In this document: positions 9,705-23,447 of the stretch, piece by piece
Layout: every line of letters starts with the position of its first letter
How positions within the stretch are numbered: position 1 is the stretch's first letter
Assembly (NCBI GenBank): GCA_963814375.1
Contig: CAWFCQ010000006.1
Coordinates: forward strand, 528-64,527
Length of the DNA: 64,000 bases
Origin: an uncultured Chloroflexia bacterium
Lineage (GTDB): Bacteria; Chloroflexota; Limnocylindria; QHBO01
Reading direction: 5' to 3'
Position numbers and translations under genes: made by a program
The notes under the pieces: generated by a model
Told to the model about the DNA's origin: nothing
The model's database searches: none
Seen by the model: the letters and a program-made list of their open reading frames with translations, nothing else

Positions 9705-10121
9705 ATGACCATCCTGACCGATCCCTTCACGCCCGCCACCTTCCCCGACCTCTTCACCCTGATGTGGGTGGCCGGGATCGTGATCGCCATCGGCGCCATC
9801 GTCGTCTACAACATCGCGCAGCGCCAATACCGCCGCTACCCCGAGATCCTGGCGCTCCACGAGTGGATCTTCTGGCCGATCATCGTGACGTGGGGGATCA
9901 TCCCGCTGCTCGTCGTGATCGGCGTTCCGCTTCTGATCCAGCTCGTGATCATCTTCACCGGCATGGGCATCGCCATCTACGCCGTGTTCGTGCGCTTCCC
10001 GCCCCGGATCGCCGCCGCCAACGACGAGATCCGGCGCCAGAAGTTCGTCCCGCCGCCGCAACGCTCGGACGCCTCACGTTCCAAGCCGACGCCCGCCGGC
10101 CGGCGCCGCAAGCACCGCTAG
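9705..10121 (+). CDS. small membrane protein, unknown function
   Basis: 138-aa ORF with 3-4 hydrophobic helices and a basic Pro/Arg-rich tail. Confidence 0.6.
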   Translation: MTILTDPFTPATFPDLFTLMWVAGIVIAIGAIVVYNIAQRQYRRYPEILALHEWIFWPIIVTWGIIPLLVVIGVPLLIQLVIIFTGMGIAIYAVFVRFPPRIAAANDEIRRQKFVPPPQRSDASRSKPTPAGRRRKHR

Positions 10122-10139
10122 GCTCGGCGCCTTCCCTGC

Positions 10140-10325
10140 GCGTTGCGATGGATCGCGGCCGCTTCACCAGAGCGGCTGTGAAGGTTGCGTTCTCGCGATT
10201 GATCGCGACCCGTCACGCCTGAGGCGCGCCGCGGGGTGCCGTTCGTGCGGCCGAGGCCGCGATGGATCGTGAGAACGGCGCCCCACATCGGCTTCTGGCG
10301 CATCGGCCGCGATAGATCGCGACGT
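10140..10325. repeat. partial inverted copy of the ~320-bp mini-palindrome repeat (first four boxes)
   Basis: The reverse complement aligns with 43160-43345. Boxes lie at 10308, 10258, 10194 and 10145, with spacing 50/64/49, identical to copy A. Confidence 0.6.
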
Positions 10326-10327
10326 GG

Positions 10328-11047
10328 CTAGTCGACCGACTCCGCGCGCGTGGGGCCCTTCCCTGGCGAGGTGGCGATCTCCCGTCGGGCGTACCAGCTG
10401 AACAGGATCATCATCGCCAGGAACGCCACGGCGGCCGCCGAAAGCGCGAGCAGCACCGTTCCGTCCAGCTGGATGACAGCCAGCGCGACGATCGACCCGA
10501 ACAGGATCGCGTCGAGCACGGTGATGAGGAGCGGGGTCGACGCCAGCATCAGCACCCACAGCGGCGTCTCGGGACGGATCGCCATCGTGAGCTGGCGCCC
10601 TCGATCGTCCTCCGTCACGCCCATGACGAAGTAGCGCTCCATGTCGGGTGCGAGCTCGAGGTACGCCGCCCTGATCCGGTTCATGCCGATGACGCACTGC
10701 GCATCGTGCAGATTCGCCATCCCGAGCCGCAGCACGGTGCCGATCCCGATGAGCAGCACGACCGGCAGGATCGCCAGGGCGAAGAGCCGAAACCCCTCTC
10801 CGAACTCGTCCGCCTGCGCCACGAGAGCGAGCGCAACGATGGCGCCTGAGAGAGCCGAGAGGAACATCCCGGCGCGGCTGAACGACTCGTTCCACGCCAG
10901 CGATCGGGACGCGAGCAGGCTCCAATGCTCGGTCGACAGGATCTGGAGCCGCACTGCCCGGGCTGCGGCATCCGGGTCGCTGGAGGTTCCCGGCACCGGT
11001 GTCGGCGCGGCCTCGGCGGCAGGACCGATGGGGCGCTCGAACGACAT
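10328..11047 (-). CDS. membrane protein, unknown function (probably co-transcribed with clpB)
   Basis: 239-aa ORF with several TM helices. A GGGAGG RBS lies 15 bp after the clpB stop. Confidence 0.6.
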   Translation of the reverse strand: MSFERPIGPAAEAAPTPVPGTSSDPDAAARAVRLQILSTEHWSLLASRSLAWNESFSRAGMFLSALSGAIVALALVAQADEFGEGFRLFALAILPVVLLIGIGTVLRLGMANLHDAQCVIGMNRIRAAYLELAPDMERYFVMGVTEDDRGRQLTMAIRPETPLWVLMLASTPLLITVLDAILFGSIVALAVIQLDGTVLLALSAAAVAFLAMMILFSWYARREIATSPGKGPTRAESVD

Positions 11048-11062
11048 GCGCTGGTTACCTCC

Positions 11063-13725
<2,663 letters not shown>

Positions 13726-13726
<1 letters not shown>

Positions 13727-14163
13727 CAGTGGCCGGGCTCCACGAGCTCGATTCCGGCCGCCAGGCACGCGCGCGCCAACTGGTCGTCCCTCGTCGCAAG
13801 TGGGATTCCGCGACGCGTCGCGAGATCGAGGTACGAGGCGTCGTAGGAGGTCAGGCCGGTCGACCTCGCGAGCGGCAGCACACGACCAAGTGCTGCCTCC
13901 AGGCCGACGGCCTCGTCGACCTCGATGGGCAGGGTCATGAGCAGCTGGGTCGCGATCGGGATGGACTGCTCATCGATCCGGCCTCGGCGCTCAGCGGACC
14001 GGAGGCCGTTCGCCACCTCGAGGGGCCAGATGACGGTCGTTATCGCTCGCTCATGCAGCAGTCGCTCGAGGATCGCATCCGTCAGGGGCGATGCTTCGTC
14101 CTCGAAGCACCAGCTCAGCGCGATCGATGCGTCGACGACGAAACCGCTAGCGCCGGCCATCAT
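13726..14163 (-). CDS. vapC: PIN-domain toxin VapC
   Basis: 145-aa ORF: [11 protein letters not shown]...[10 protein letters not shown]...LATRDDQL. The stop codon shares its A with the clpB ATG. Confidence 0.85.
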
Positions 14164-14389
14164 CGATCAGCTCTCGAGGGCTCACCCCCTCCAGACGGCG
14201 GCCGACGCGGAATCTGCGAAGGCCCTCCACGGCATCGGCGACGCTCATCCCGGTGCGCGCCGAAGTGGCGGGTACGAGCAGAGCCACCGGTCGGCCGTGC
14301 TTCGTGATCGCGTACGACTCGCCCTGCTCGACTTCGTCGAGCAGGCGGGAAAGGTGGGTCTTCGCCTCGTAGGCACCGAGCTGCTTCAT
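14147..14389 (-). CDS. vapB: Phd/YefM-type antitoxin (VapB partner)
   Basis: 80-aa ORF: MKQLGAYEAKTHLSRLLDEVEQGESYAITKHGRPVALLVP. It overlaps vapC by 17 nt. Confidence 0.8.
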   Translation of the reverse strand: MKQLGAYEAKTHLSRLLDEVEQGESYAITKHGRPVALLVPATSARTGMSVADAVEGLRRFRVGRRLEGVSPRELIDDGRR

Positions 14390-14401
14390 GGTCCTTGGAT
14401 C

Positions 14402-14431
14402 ATATCAGACTAGTCGTAGACTAGTGTCTAA
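14402..14431 (-). promoter_or_regulatory. candidate vapBC promoter with two ACTAGTCT operator-like repeats
   Basis: Minus strand reads TTAGAC-N18-TGATAT. The spacer carries ACTAGTCT twice, 11 bp apart, with palindromic ACTAGT at 14409-14414 and 14420-14425. Confidence 0.35.
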
Positions 14432-15402
14432 CCATCGTCCTTGCGTGGATCGGGCTGCTGGACCGCTTCGAGGATTGGCTCGAGCTCGCCGCGAGCGTCG
14501 TCGTTCAGCTTCGGCAGGATGACCCGGGTCGTGACGATCAGGTCGCCCTTCTGCGACGAGCCGCGCTTCGGCAAGCCGCGACCCTTGAGGCGGATCTCCT
14601 GCCCGTTCTGCGTGTTCGGTCGGATGCGTAGCTTCACGCTGGTCGTCGGGGTGGGTACCGGCACCTCGCCGCCCAGGAGCGCTTCGGCGAGGGTGATCGG
14701 CAGGGCGGTGCGCAGATCCGATCCCGTGCGCTCGAAACGTGGATCGGGCTTGACCTTGACGTTGATCACGAGGTCGCCGCCATCGACCGCGCCGCTCAGC
14801 TTGACCTTCGAGCCATCGCCGACGCCGGCGGGGATCTTGACGTTCAGGCGCCGGCCGTTGACGTTGACGAGTCGCTCCGTCCCCGTGGCGACCTCGGCGA
14901 GGCTGACCTCCGCGGTCGCCTGCGCCGATGGGATGGATCGTGGCCGCGTGCGCGCGCCACCGAGGTCCGAGAGGTCGACGTACTCGAAGGCTCCGCTCGA
15001 GCCGCCACCGCCGAACGGGTTGGAGCCTGCGCCCTCACCGAAGAACGCCTGGAAGAAGTCGCTGAAGCCGCCCATCTCCTCGGGCCGGACCGTGCGGTAG
15101 CTCCAGCGAGTGCCACCCGGCGCCCCGCCGAAGCCCGCCCAGTCGGTCGCACCGCCGGAGCCAAAGCCGGCCTGCTGGTACGCCTGCCAGTTCGAGCCGA
15201 GCTCGTCGTACTGCTTCCGCTTCTCGGGATCGGTCAGGACGGCCTGTGCCTCGTTCGCCTCCTTGAAGCGGCGCTCAGCATCGGGCTCCTTGTTCGTGTC
15301 GGGATGAAGCTCGCGGGCGAGCTTGCGGTAGGCCTTCTTGATGTCGGCCTGGCTCGCGGTCTTCGGTACGCCGAGGACGGCGTAGTAGTCCTTGTAGTCC
15401 AT
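14428..15402 (-). CDS. cbpA: DnaJ-class co-chaperone without zinc finger (CbpA-like)
   Basis: 324-aa ORF with a J domain (DYYAVLGV...HPD), a G/F-rich linker and C-terminal substrate-binding domains. No CxxCxGxG repeats. Confidence 0.85.
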   Translation of the reverse strand: MDYKDYYAVLGVPKTASQADIKKAYRKLARELHPDTNKEPDAERRFKEANEAQAVLTDPEKRKQYDELGSNWQAYQQAGFGSGGATDWAGFGGAPGGTRWSYRTVRPEEMGGFSDFFQAFFGEGAGSNPFGGGGSSGAFEYVDLSDLGGARTRPRSIPSAQATAEVSLAEVATGTERLVNVNGRRLNVKIPAGVGDGSKVKLSGAVDGGDLVINVKVKPDPRFERTGSDLRTALPITLAEALLGGEVPVPTPTTSVKLRIRPNTQNGQEIRLKGRGLPKRGSSQKGDLIVTTRVILPKLNDDARGELEPILEAVQQPDPRKDDG

Positions 15403-15448
15403 CGGTTCAGGCGGTCTGCCGAACCGTCAAGAGCGTCAACAACGTCCC

Positions 15449-17905
<2,457 letters not shown>

Positions 17906-17985
17906 CTGGAGGCGCTCCAGGTTCGTGCCGTTCTCCTCGGTCTCGTTCCGGTGTCGCGTCGATCTCGGGGATCTGCTTGTCGTTG

Positions 17986-18408
17986 TCAGTTGCCACTCTG
18001 GGTCGCTCCTTCAGCCGATGATGCGGCGTGAGCCGGCTCGTCGGGCAATGGGGTCTCGTCGCTGGGTTCGGAGAATCGCTCCACGTCGTCCTCGTCGAAC
18101 AGATCGTAGACCCGGATCTTCCCGAGGGCTTCGAGCTGAAGGATGACGCGTACGCCGGCAAGGTTTACGCGCTGCCGGCGGGTGAGGAATCGGATGATGC
18201 GGACGCGCTGGATGTCGGCCTCGCTGTAGAGACGCAGGTTGTTGCGCCGCTGTGGCTGGAGAAGCCCCTCCTCCTCGTAGATCCGCAACGTGCGGGGATG
18301 GCAGCTCGACAGCTCGGCGGCGATGCTGATGATGTATCGAGGGCGGGTGAGCTCGTTGCGACGAGGGAGCCCTTCTCGGGGCGTGGCCGCAGGTCGCGAT
18401 CGGTGCAT
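17986..18408 (-). CDS. hspR: MerR-family heat-shock repressor HspR
   Basis: 140-aa ORF: [26 protein letters not shown]...[13 protein letters not shown]. This is typical HspR. Confidence 0.8.
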   Translation of the reverse strand: MHRSRPAATPREGLPRRNELTRPRYIISIAAELSSCHPRTLRIYEEEGLLQPQRRNNLRLYSEADIQRVRIIRFLTRRQRVNLAGVRVILQLEALGKIRVYDLFDEDDVERFSEPSDETPLPDEPAHAASSAEGATQSGN

Positions 18409-18423
18409 GACTGGACCCTAAAC

Positions 18424-18446
18424 CCTGACAATACCGTTGTCAAGGG
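18424..18446 (-). promoter_or_regulatory. HAIR-like inverted repeat (CTTGACA-N7-TGTCAGG) upstream of hspR
   Basis: Minus strand reads CCCTTGACAACGGTATTGTCAGGG. It has the same 7-N7-7 architecture as the HspR operator consensus CTTGAGT-N7-ACTCAAG. Confidence 0.45.
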
Positions 18447-18466
18447 TAGTGACAGTAAGTCAGCCC

Positions 18467-19126
18467 TTACTCGCCGATGAGGAGGCTCCTCAGCGCCGCC
18501 TCCTGGCCGGCCGAGGTGACGGCGAGGACCTTGTCGCCGGCTCGCAGCCGCGTGTCCTGGCGGGGCGGCAGCGCGCGATCGTCGCGGATGAGGACCGCGA
18601 TCGTGCTGCCCTCCGGCAGCGTCACCTCGCGCAGCTCGCGGCCGACGACCGGCGAGTCGGCGTCCAGCTGGGCCTCGACGATCTGCACCTCGCCACCCTC
18701 GAGCTCCGCCAGGTGGAGGAGGTCGTGAACCGGGATCTCGTGCTCGATGACGCCGAGGATCGCGCGGGTCGGGCTGACCGTCTCGTCGATCGACAGCTGC
18801 CGGAACAGCTTCTCGTTCTTGGGGTCGTTGACCCTGGCGATCGAACGCGGAACGTTGAAGCGCATCTTCGCCACCTGGCTCGCGGCGAGGTTGACGGCGT
18901 CGTCGCCGGTGACGGCCGCAACGACGTCGGCTCGACCCATGCCGGCCTCGGCCTGGTAGCGGCCCTCGCAGCCGTCGTTGGCGATGACGATGCTTCCGAG
19001 CTCGTCGGCGATCTGGCGGGCGCGCCCCGGTTCCTCCTCGATCACGACCACCTCGTGCCCGGCCGCGAGCAGCTCCTTGGTCAGGTAGTAGCCGACGTTG
19101 CCGCCGCCGATGACCACGACGTACAT
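18467..19126 (-). CDS. trkA: Trk-type K+ uptake regulatory protein (RCK N+C domains)
   Basis: 219-aa ORF: VVVIGGGNVGYYL... plus a TrkA-C-like tail. Confidence 0.85.
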   Translation of the reverse strand: MYVVVIGGGNVGYYLTKELLAAGHEVVVIEEEPGRARQIADELGSIVIANDGCEGRYQAEAGMGRADVVAAVTGDDAVNLAASQVAKMRFNVPRSIARVNDPKNEKLFRQLSIDETVSPTRAILGVIEHEIPVHDLLHLAELEGGEVQIVEAQLDADSPVVGRELREVTLPEGSTIAVLIRDDRALPPRQDTRLRAGDKVLAVTSAGQEAALRSLLIGE

Positions 19127-19129
19127 CGC

Positions 19130-19699
19130 CTACATGCCTCCTTCTCGACCGTCGGCCGGCTGGACAACCGCATCGCCTGCGCCTTCGTCGCCTGCGGCCA
19201 GAGCAGCGCGCGCCTGATCGTCCGCCGCCGAGCCGGGAGGGGGCGCGCCACGGATCGGCTGGGCGGTCGGGGGCTCGACGAAGCCATTGGTCGCCTCGGC
19301 TCCATCGGTCGCCGCGAGGACGAGCGCGTCGCCCAGGATGATGGTGCGGCAGATCGTCTCGAGGCCGAGCGCGCGGTACGCCTCGCCACGCAGTGGGTCG
19401 TTGATCTTGGCGATGACGCGCGGCACGCCGAAGCGGTGCTTCGCCAGCTGCGCCGCCAGGGCGTTCCGATTGTCCCCCTCGGTCAGGGCCATGACCAGGT
19501 CAGCCTGCTCGGCGCCGGCGGTGCGCAGCACGTCCTCATCGGTTCCGCTGCCGCGCACGGTCTCACCGCCGAAGTCGGACGGCAGCCGCGTGAAGGCGCG
19601 GGCCGTGACGTCGACGACCGTGACGTTCTGCCCGCCCTCGTCGAGCGCCGCGGCGACCCGCGCTCCAACTCGGCCGCAGCCGACGATGATTACCCTCAT
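19130..19699 (-). CDS. TrkA-N (RCK, NAD-binding) domain protein
   Basis: Reading from MRVIIVGCGRVGARV. The ATG overlaps the upstream usp stop (ATGA). Confidence 0.75.
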   Translation of the reverse strand: MRVIIVGCGRVGARVAAALDEGGQNVTVVDVTARAFTRLPSDFGGETVRGSGTDEDVLRTAGAEQADLVMALTEGDNRNALAAQLAKHRFGVPRVIAKINDPLRGEAYRALGLETICRTIILGDALVLAATDGAEATNGFVEPPTAQPIRGAPPPGSAADDQARAALAAGDEGAGDAVVQPADGREGGM

Positions 19700-20190
19700 G
19701 TCGTGTGTGCCAGCTCCTTCGTCTCGGCGCGCAGGCACCAGACCGGCGCGGTCGAGTTCCGCATGACATACGGGACGGTGCGCCCCGCATCCCATTGTCC
19801 CCCGAATCGCTTCTTGTAGCGAAGGCCCATGACGATGAGGTCGGCGCCCAGCTCGTTCGCGTCGTCCACGATGGCCGGGCCGGCCGCGCGAGCCTGCACG
19901 GTCGAGGTCCGGGTCGATACGCCATAGCCGCCGAGCAATCCCTCGGCACGGGTCAGGATCTCGTCGGCGCTCGCCACCGCCGACTCGTCCTCGGCATCGA
20001 GGTTGCGCTCGAACGGCACCTCCAGGACGTGGAGCAGCGAGACCTCCGTTCCGTCGCGCCCGCCGGTCAGGAGGGCGGCGACCTTGAGAGCGGGATCGTC
20101 GACGGCCGCGTCGCCGACCAGCGGCACGAGGATGCGCGCGTGATCGAACGAGGTGCCCGCGCGCTTGTCCGCGCGTCGGAAGAAATCCAT
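19696..20190 (-). CDS. universal stress protein (UspA family)
   Basis: 164-aa ORF: ILVPLVGD...ADLIVMG...VPYVMRNSTAPV. Confidence 0.8.
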   Translation of the reverse strand: MDFFRRADKRAGTSFDHARILVPLVGDAAVDDPALKVAALLTGGRDGTEVSLLHVLEVPFERNLDAEDESAVASADEILTRAEGLLGGYGVSTRTSTVQARAAGPAIVDDANELGADLIVMGLRYKKRFGGQWDAGRTVPYVMRNSTAPVWCLRAETKELAHTT

Positions 20191-20248
20191 GCGCCCGCTA
20201 TCCTACGGCGCGCCGATGCGCACCGCGACGTCGCGTCGCCGCCGTCGC

Positions 20249-20983
20249 TCAGCGCCCGTAGCTGAGCCGCTCCACGAGGCGCACCGGCAGCCCGGCTTCT
20301 CGCATGAGCCGTTGCGTGCGATCGATGTCATAGCGCACGCGATGGAAGGTGAGCCGATCGGCGTCCCCGGCATCGTTGGTCTCGAGCACGGCATACGCCG
20401 CGTCGCGGAGGCCGTCGCGTGGCTGTCCGACACTGCCGGGGTTGAGCAGCCAGCGGCCGTCCGCGAGATGGACCGGCGAGCCCGGGATCCCGGGCGTCGC
20501 CTCGGCCGTCCCATCGACGGATCGGAAAGCGATCGGCAGGTGCGTGTGCCCGAAGAGGCAGACCGATGTGTCGAAGGCGCCGAAGTTCGCGGCGGCGACG
20601 CCGGGGCCGGTGATGTACTCCCAGATCGGGTCGCGCGGCGAGCCGTGGACGGCGGTGAGCTGCCCGTCGCGGCGCACCTCCGGCAAGGTCGCGATGTAGC
20701 CCTTGGTGTTGGCGTCGATCGTCCCCGCGGTCCAGTCGATCGCGGCTCTCGCATCGGGATTGAAGTCGGAAGGGTCGACCGTCCCGATCGCGGCGCCGTC
20801 GTGGTTGCCGAGGACGCTGCGCGCGCCCATTGCCTGGAGGGTGGCGACCACCTCGTTCGGCTGCGGCCCGTATCCCACGGTGTCACCCAGGACCCAGACC
20901 TCGTCGACAGGTGGAAGGTCGGACGCGACCGCCTCCAGGGCAGGCAGGTTGGCGTGGATGTCCGACAGGACAGCGATGCGCAT
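20249..20983 (-). CDS. metallophosphoesterase (YfcE/MJ0936-like)
   Basis: Reading from MRIAVLSDIHAN...GDTVGYG...GNHD...GHTH. Confidence 0.8.
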   Translation of the reverse strand: MRIAVLSDIHANLPALEAVASDLPPVDEVWVLGDTVGYGPQPNEVVATLQAMGARSVLGNHDGAAIGTVDPSDFNPDARAAIDWTAGTIDANTKGYIATLPEVRRDGQLTAVHGSPRDPIWEYITGPGVAAANFGAFDTSVCLFGHTHLPIAFRSVDGTAEATPGIPGSPVHLADGRWLLNPGSVGQPRDGLRDAAYAVLETNDAGDADRLTFHRVRYDIDRTQRLMREAGLPVRLVERLSYGR

Positions 20984-21006
20984 GCGGGCGTCGAGTATAC
21001 CGACGG

Positions 21007-21765
21007 TCAGCCGAGCGGCCGCCGCGAGGCCAAGCCAGGGCGGCGCGGATAGCCGTCCGGCGTTGGCGCAAGTTTTTCGATGACGACGAACCGATGGTCG
21101 CCGAGCTCGTCGAAGCCGGTGGAGAGGATCTCGGGCGTGCCGCCGCCGAGCGCCGTCGAGGCCGCCGACCCCGCGCGCAGCTCGTCCTCGCTGATGGCAC
21201 CCTTCCAGGCCAGGAGCGTCCCACCGACGCGCAGCAGCGGCAACGCGTACTCGGCGAGGACGGGGAGTGCGGCGCAGGCGCGGGCCGTGACGAGGTCGTA
21301 GCGACCGCGGTGTGAGGCGTCTCGGCCCAGGACCTCCGCACGCTCGGCGAGGACAAGGATGGTCTCCAGATCCAGCGCAGCAACGAAGCCGCGCATGGCG
21401 TCCGCCTTCTTGCCAACCGAGTCCACCAGCGTCCACTGCACTTCGGGGCGGGCGAGCGCAAGCACCAGTCCCGGAATCCCGCCGCCTGAGCCGATGTCGA
21501 GCGCTCGCGCCGGCGCGATCCGGTCCAGCAAGGGCGCCGCGGCGAGCGCGTCGAGGAGGTGGAGCCGCGCGACCGCATCGGGCTCGACGACGCGCGTGAG
21601 GTTGAGGCGTTGGTTCGCGCCGAGCAGGAGCGCGACGAAGGTCTCGATGCGGCCCATGAACGCATCGGGCAGGCGCAGGTCGTGGCCGGCGAGGAGCGAC
21701 TCGAGCGTCAGGCGCGCGGCGCGCGCATCGGCGACCGGATCGGCGACCGGATCGGCTTGGGACAA
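21007..21765 (-). CDS. rsmG: 16S rRNA (guanine527-N7)-methyltransferase
   Basis: 252-aa ORF: NLTRV...DIGSGGGIPGLVLA...ARA.A.L..L.E...PLLR.GG. Confidence 0.85.
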   Translation of the reverse strand: MSQADPVADPVADARAARLTLESLLAGHDLRLPDAFMGRIETFVALLLGANQRLNLTRVVEPDAVARLHLLDALAAAPLLDRIAPARALDIGSGGGIPGLVLALARPEVQWTLVDSVGKKADAMRGFVAALDLETILVLAERAEVLGRDASHRGRYDLVTARACAALPVLAEYALPLLRVGGTLLAWKGAISEDELRAGSAASTALGGGTPEILSTGFDELGDHRFVVIEKLAPTPDGYPRRPGLASRRPLG

Positions 21766-21907
21766 AGAAATGCTCCCTCGAGCGGCCTTTCGGTCTTCCC
21801 ACAGGTGATCGGCGTCGCGGCCGGCTCTCGCATCGGCCCCGAATCACCCGCGGTTACCGTACTCGGTCGCTCGCGGAAGCAGGACGGCGACCGTAGCAGG
21901 GCCCGCC

Positions 21908-21965
21908 TGTGGATCACAAGCCGAGTTTTCCACCATTCGCGCGATCCACGCCGACCTGTGGATAA
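21908..21965. promoter_or_regulatory. cluster of four DnaA-box-like 9-mers
   Basis: TGTGGATAA (21957-21965) is the perfect complement of TTATCCACA. TGTGGATCA (21908-21916) matches 8/9, TTTTCCACC (21926-21934) 7/9 and CGATCCACG (21942-21950) 6/9. Confidence 0.4.
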
Positions 21966-22029
21966 CTCGCGCGGATATACTCGGCCCGATGGCGTCCAGA
22001 CCCCGCAGGCAGGCTACGATCGAGGACAG

Positions 22030-22446
22030 GTGGCGGTTCAGCTGACCCCCGAGTCGCCACCCCGCTTCGCCCACCAGAGCGAGGCGGAGCTGGCGAGGAT
22101 CCTCGACTATTACGGTGTCGCGTGGCGATACGAACCCGACGTCTTCCCCATCTCCTGGAACGCCGACGGAGCGGTCGTCGAGTCGTTCGCGCCCGACTTC
22201 TACCTGCCGGATATCAACCTCTACCTCGAGCTGACGACCCTGAAGCAGTCGCTCGTGCGCAAGAAGAACCGCAAGCTGCGCCACATGCGGCTGCTGTACC
22301 CGGAGATCCGCGTGAAGCTGTTCTACGCCCGTGACTTCCGTGCGCTGATGGTGAAGTACGGCCGCCTCGACTTCCTCACCGATGTCACGCTTGCCAACGG
22401 CGCCTACGCCCACACCGGAGCAGGCAATGGCAACGGCCGCCGCTGA
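22030..22446 (+). CDS. conserved-looking hypothetical protein
   Basis: Coding-like reading from GTG 22030: ...AELARILDYYGVAWRYEPDVFPISW...FAPDFYLPDINLYLELTTLKQSLVRKKNRKLRHMRLLYPEIRV. No family recognised with certainty. Confidence 0.55.
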   Translation: MAVQLTPESPPRFAHQSEAELARILDYYGVAWRYEPDVFPISWNADGAVVESFAPDFYLPDINLYLELTTLKQSLVRKKNRKLRHMRLLYPEIRVKLFYARDFRALMVKYGRLDFLTDVTLANGAYAHTGAGNGNGRR

Positions 22447-23011
22447 GCCGATGAGCCTGCACGACGACGTCGAGGAGATCCTCCTCGACTCGCCGACCGT
22501 CGCCAACCGCGTGGCCGAGCTCGGCGCGCAGCTCACCGCGGACTATGCAGGCCGCGCCCCGGTCCTCGTCAGCGTCCTCAAGGGAGCGATGGTCTTCCTC
22601 GCCGACCTGATGCGCGCCATGGATCTGCCGACCAGCATCGACTTCATGGAGGTGTCGTCCTACGGTTCCGGCACGGAGACGACCGGCCAGGTCCGGATCC
22701 TGAAGGACCTCTCGAAGCCGATCGAGGGGCGAGACGTCATCGTGGTCGAGGACATCATCGACACCGGCCTGACGCTGAACTACCTCCTGCACTACCTGGC
22801 CGACAAGCGGCCCGCCTCGATCAAGATCGTGTGCCTGCTCGACAAGCCGGCCCGACGCCTCGCCGACATCCCGATCGACTACATCGGCTTCACCATCCCG
22901 GATCGATTCGTGATCGGCTACGGGCTCGACTTCGACGAGCGCTACCGCAACCTGCCGTACATCGGCGTGCTGAAGCCGTCGGTCTATGGCGGCGCTCCGC
23001 CCGAGGGCTGA
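22427..23011 (+). CDS. hpt: hypoxanthine-guanine phosphoribosyltransferase
   Basis: VLKGAMVFLADL...VIVVEDIIDTGLTL...FVIGYGLDF. ATG 22427 has a GGAG RBS. The alternative start is 22451. Confidence 0.9.
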   Translation: MATAAAEPMSLHDDVEEILLDSPTVANRVAELGAQLTADYAGRAPVLVSVLKGAMVFLADLMRAMDLPTSIDFMEVSSYGSGTETTGQVRILKDLSKPIEGRDVIVVEDIIDTGLTLNYLLHYLADKRPASIKIVCLLDKPARRLADIPIDYIGFTIPDRFVIGYGLDFDERYRNLPYIGVLKPSVYGGAPPEG

Positions 23012-23015
23012 CCTC

Positions 23016-23444
23016 ATGGACGGGGGCATGCGCCGCTTCCGTTTCCTCATCCTGCTCGGCGCGCTGGGCATGCTCGCTTCCGGGTTCCTGCCGTGGTGGC
23101 GCGCCGGCGGCGACTCCGTCTCCGGCGTGCTCGTGCCGGCGGAGGAGGGGATCGGCCTCGAGGGCCCGGGCGTGATCATCTACGGCGCCGCGATCCTGAC
23201 GCTGGTGCTGCTCGACATCGGCTATATGCGCGGCCGGTGGGGGTTCGTCCTCGACGCGCCGCTCACGTACCTCCTGCTCGGAGGGGTCGGCGCCGCTGCG
23301 GTTCTGTACCGCGGCTGGGAGCTGTGGTCGGTCGGCTACCTGCCGCTGCCGCAGCAGTCGCCGGGGTTGGCGCTGGCCGCGGCCGGCGTCGCGCTCGTGC
23401 TCTACGGGGCGGGGTCGGGATTCGGCATTCCACGCCGGTACTGA
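23016..23444 (+). CDS. membrane protein, unknown function
   Basis: ~142 aa with four hydrophobic segments. It follows hpt by 4 nt. Confidence 0.55.
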   Translation: MDGGMRRFRFLILLGALGMLASGFLPWWRAGGDSVSGVLVPAEEGIGLEGPGVIIYGAAILTLVLLDIGYMRGRWGFVLDAPLTYLLLGGVGAAAVLYRGWELWSVGYLPLPQQSPGLALAAAGVALVLYGAGSGFGIPRRY

Positions 23445-23447
23445 CCG

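Noticed and set aside
21766-22029. Calling this interval the chromosomal origin (oriC)
   Set aside because: It has only four boxes, no AT-rich unwinding element, and no adjacent dnaA or dnaN. It is kept as a DnaA-box cluster finding, not as an oriC call.
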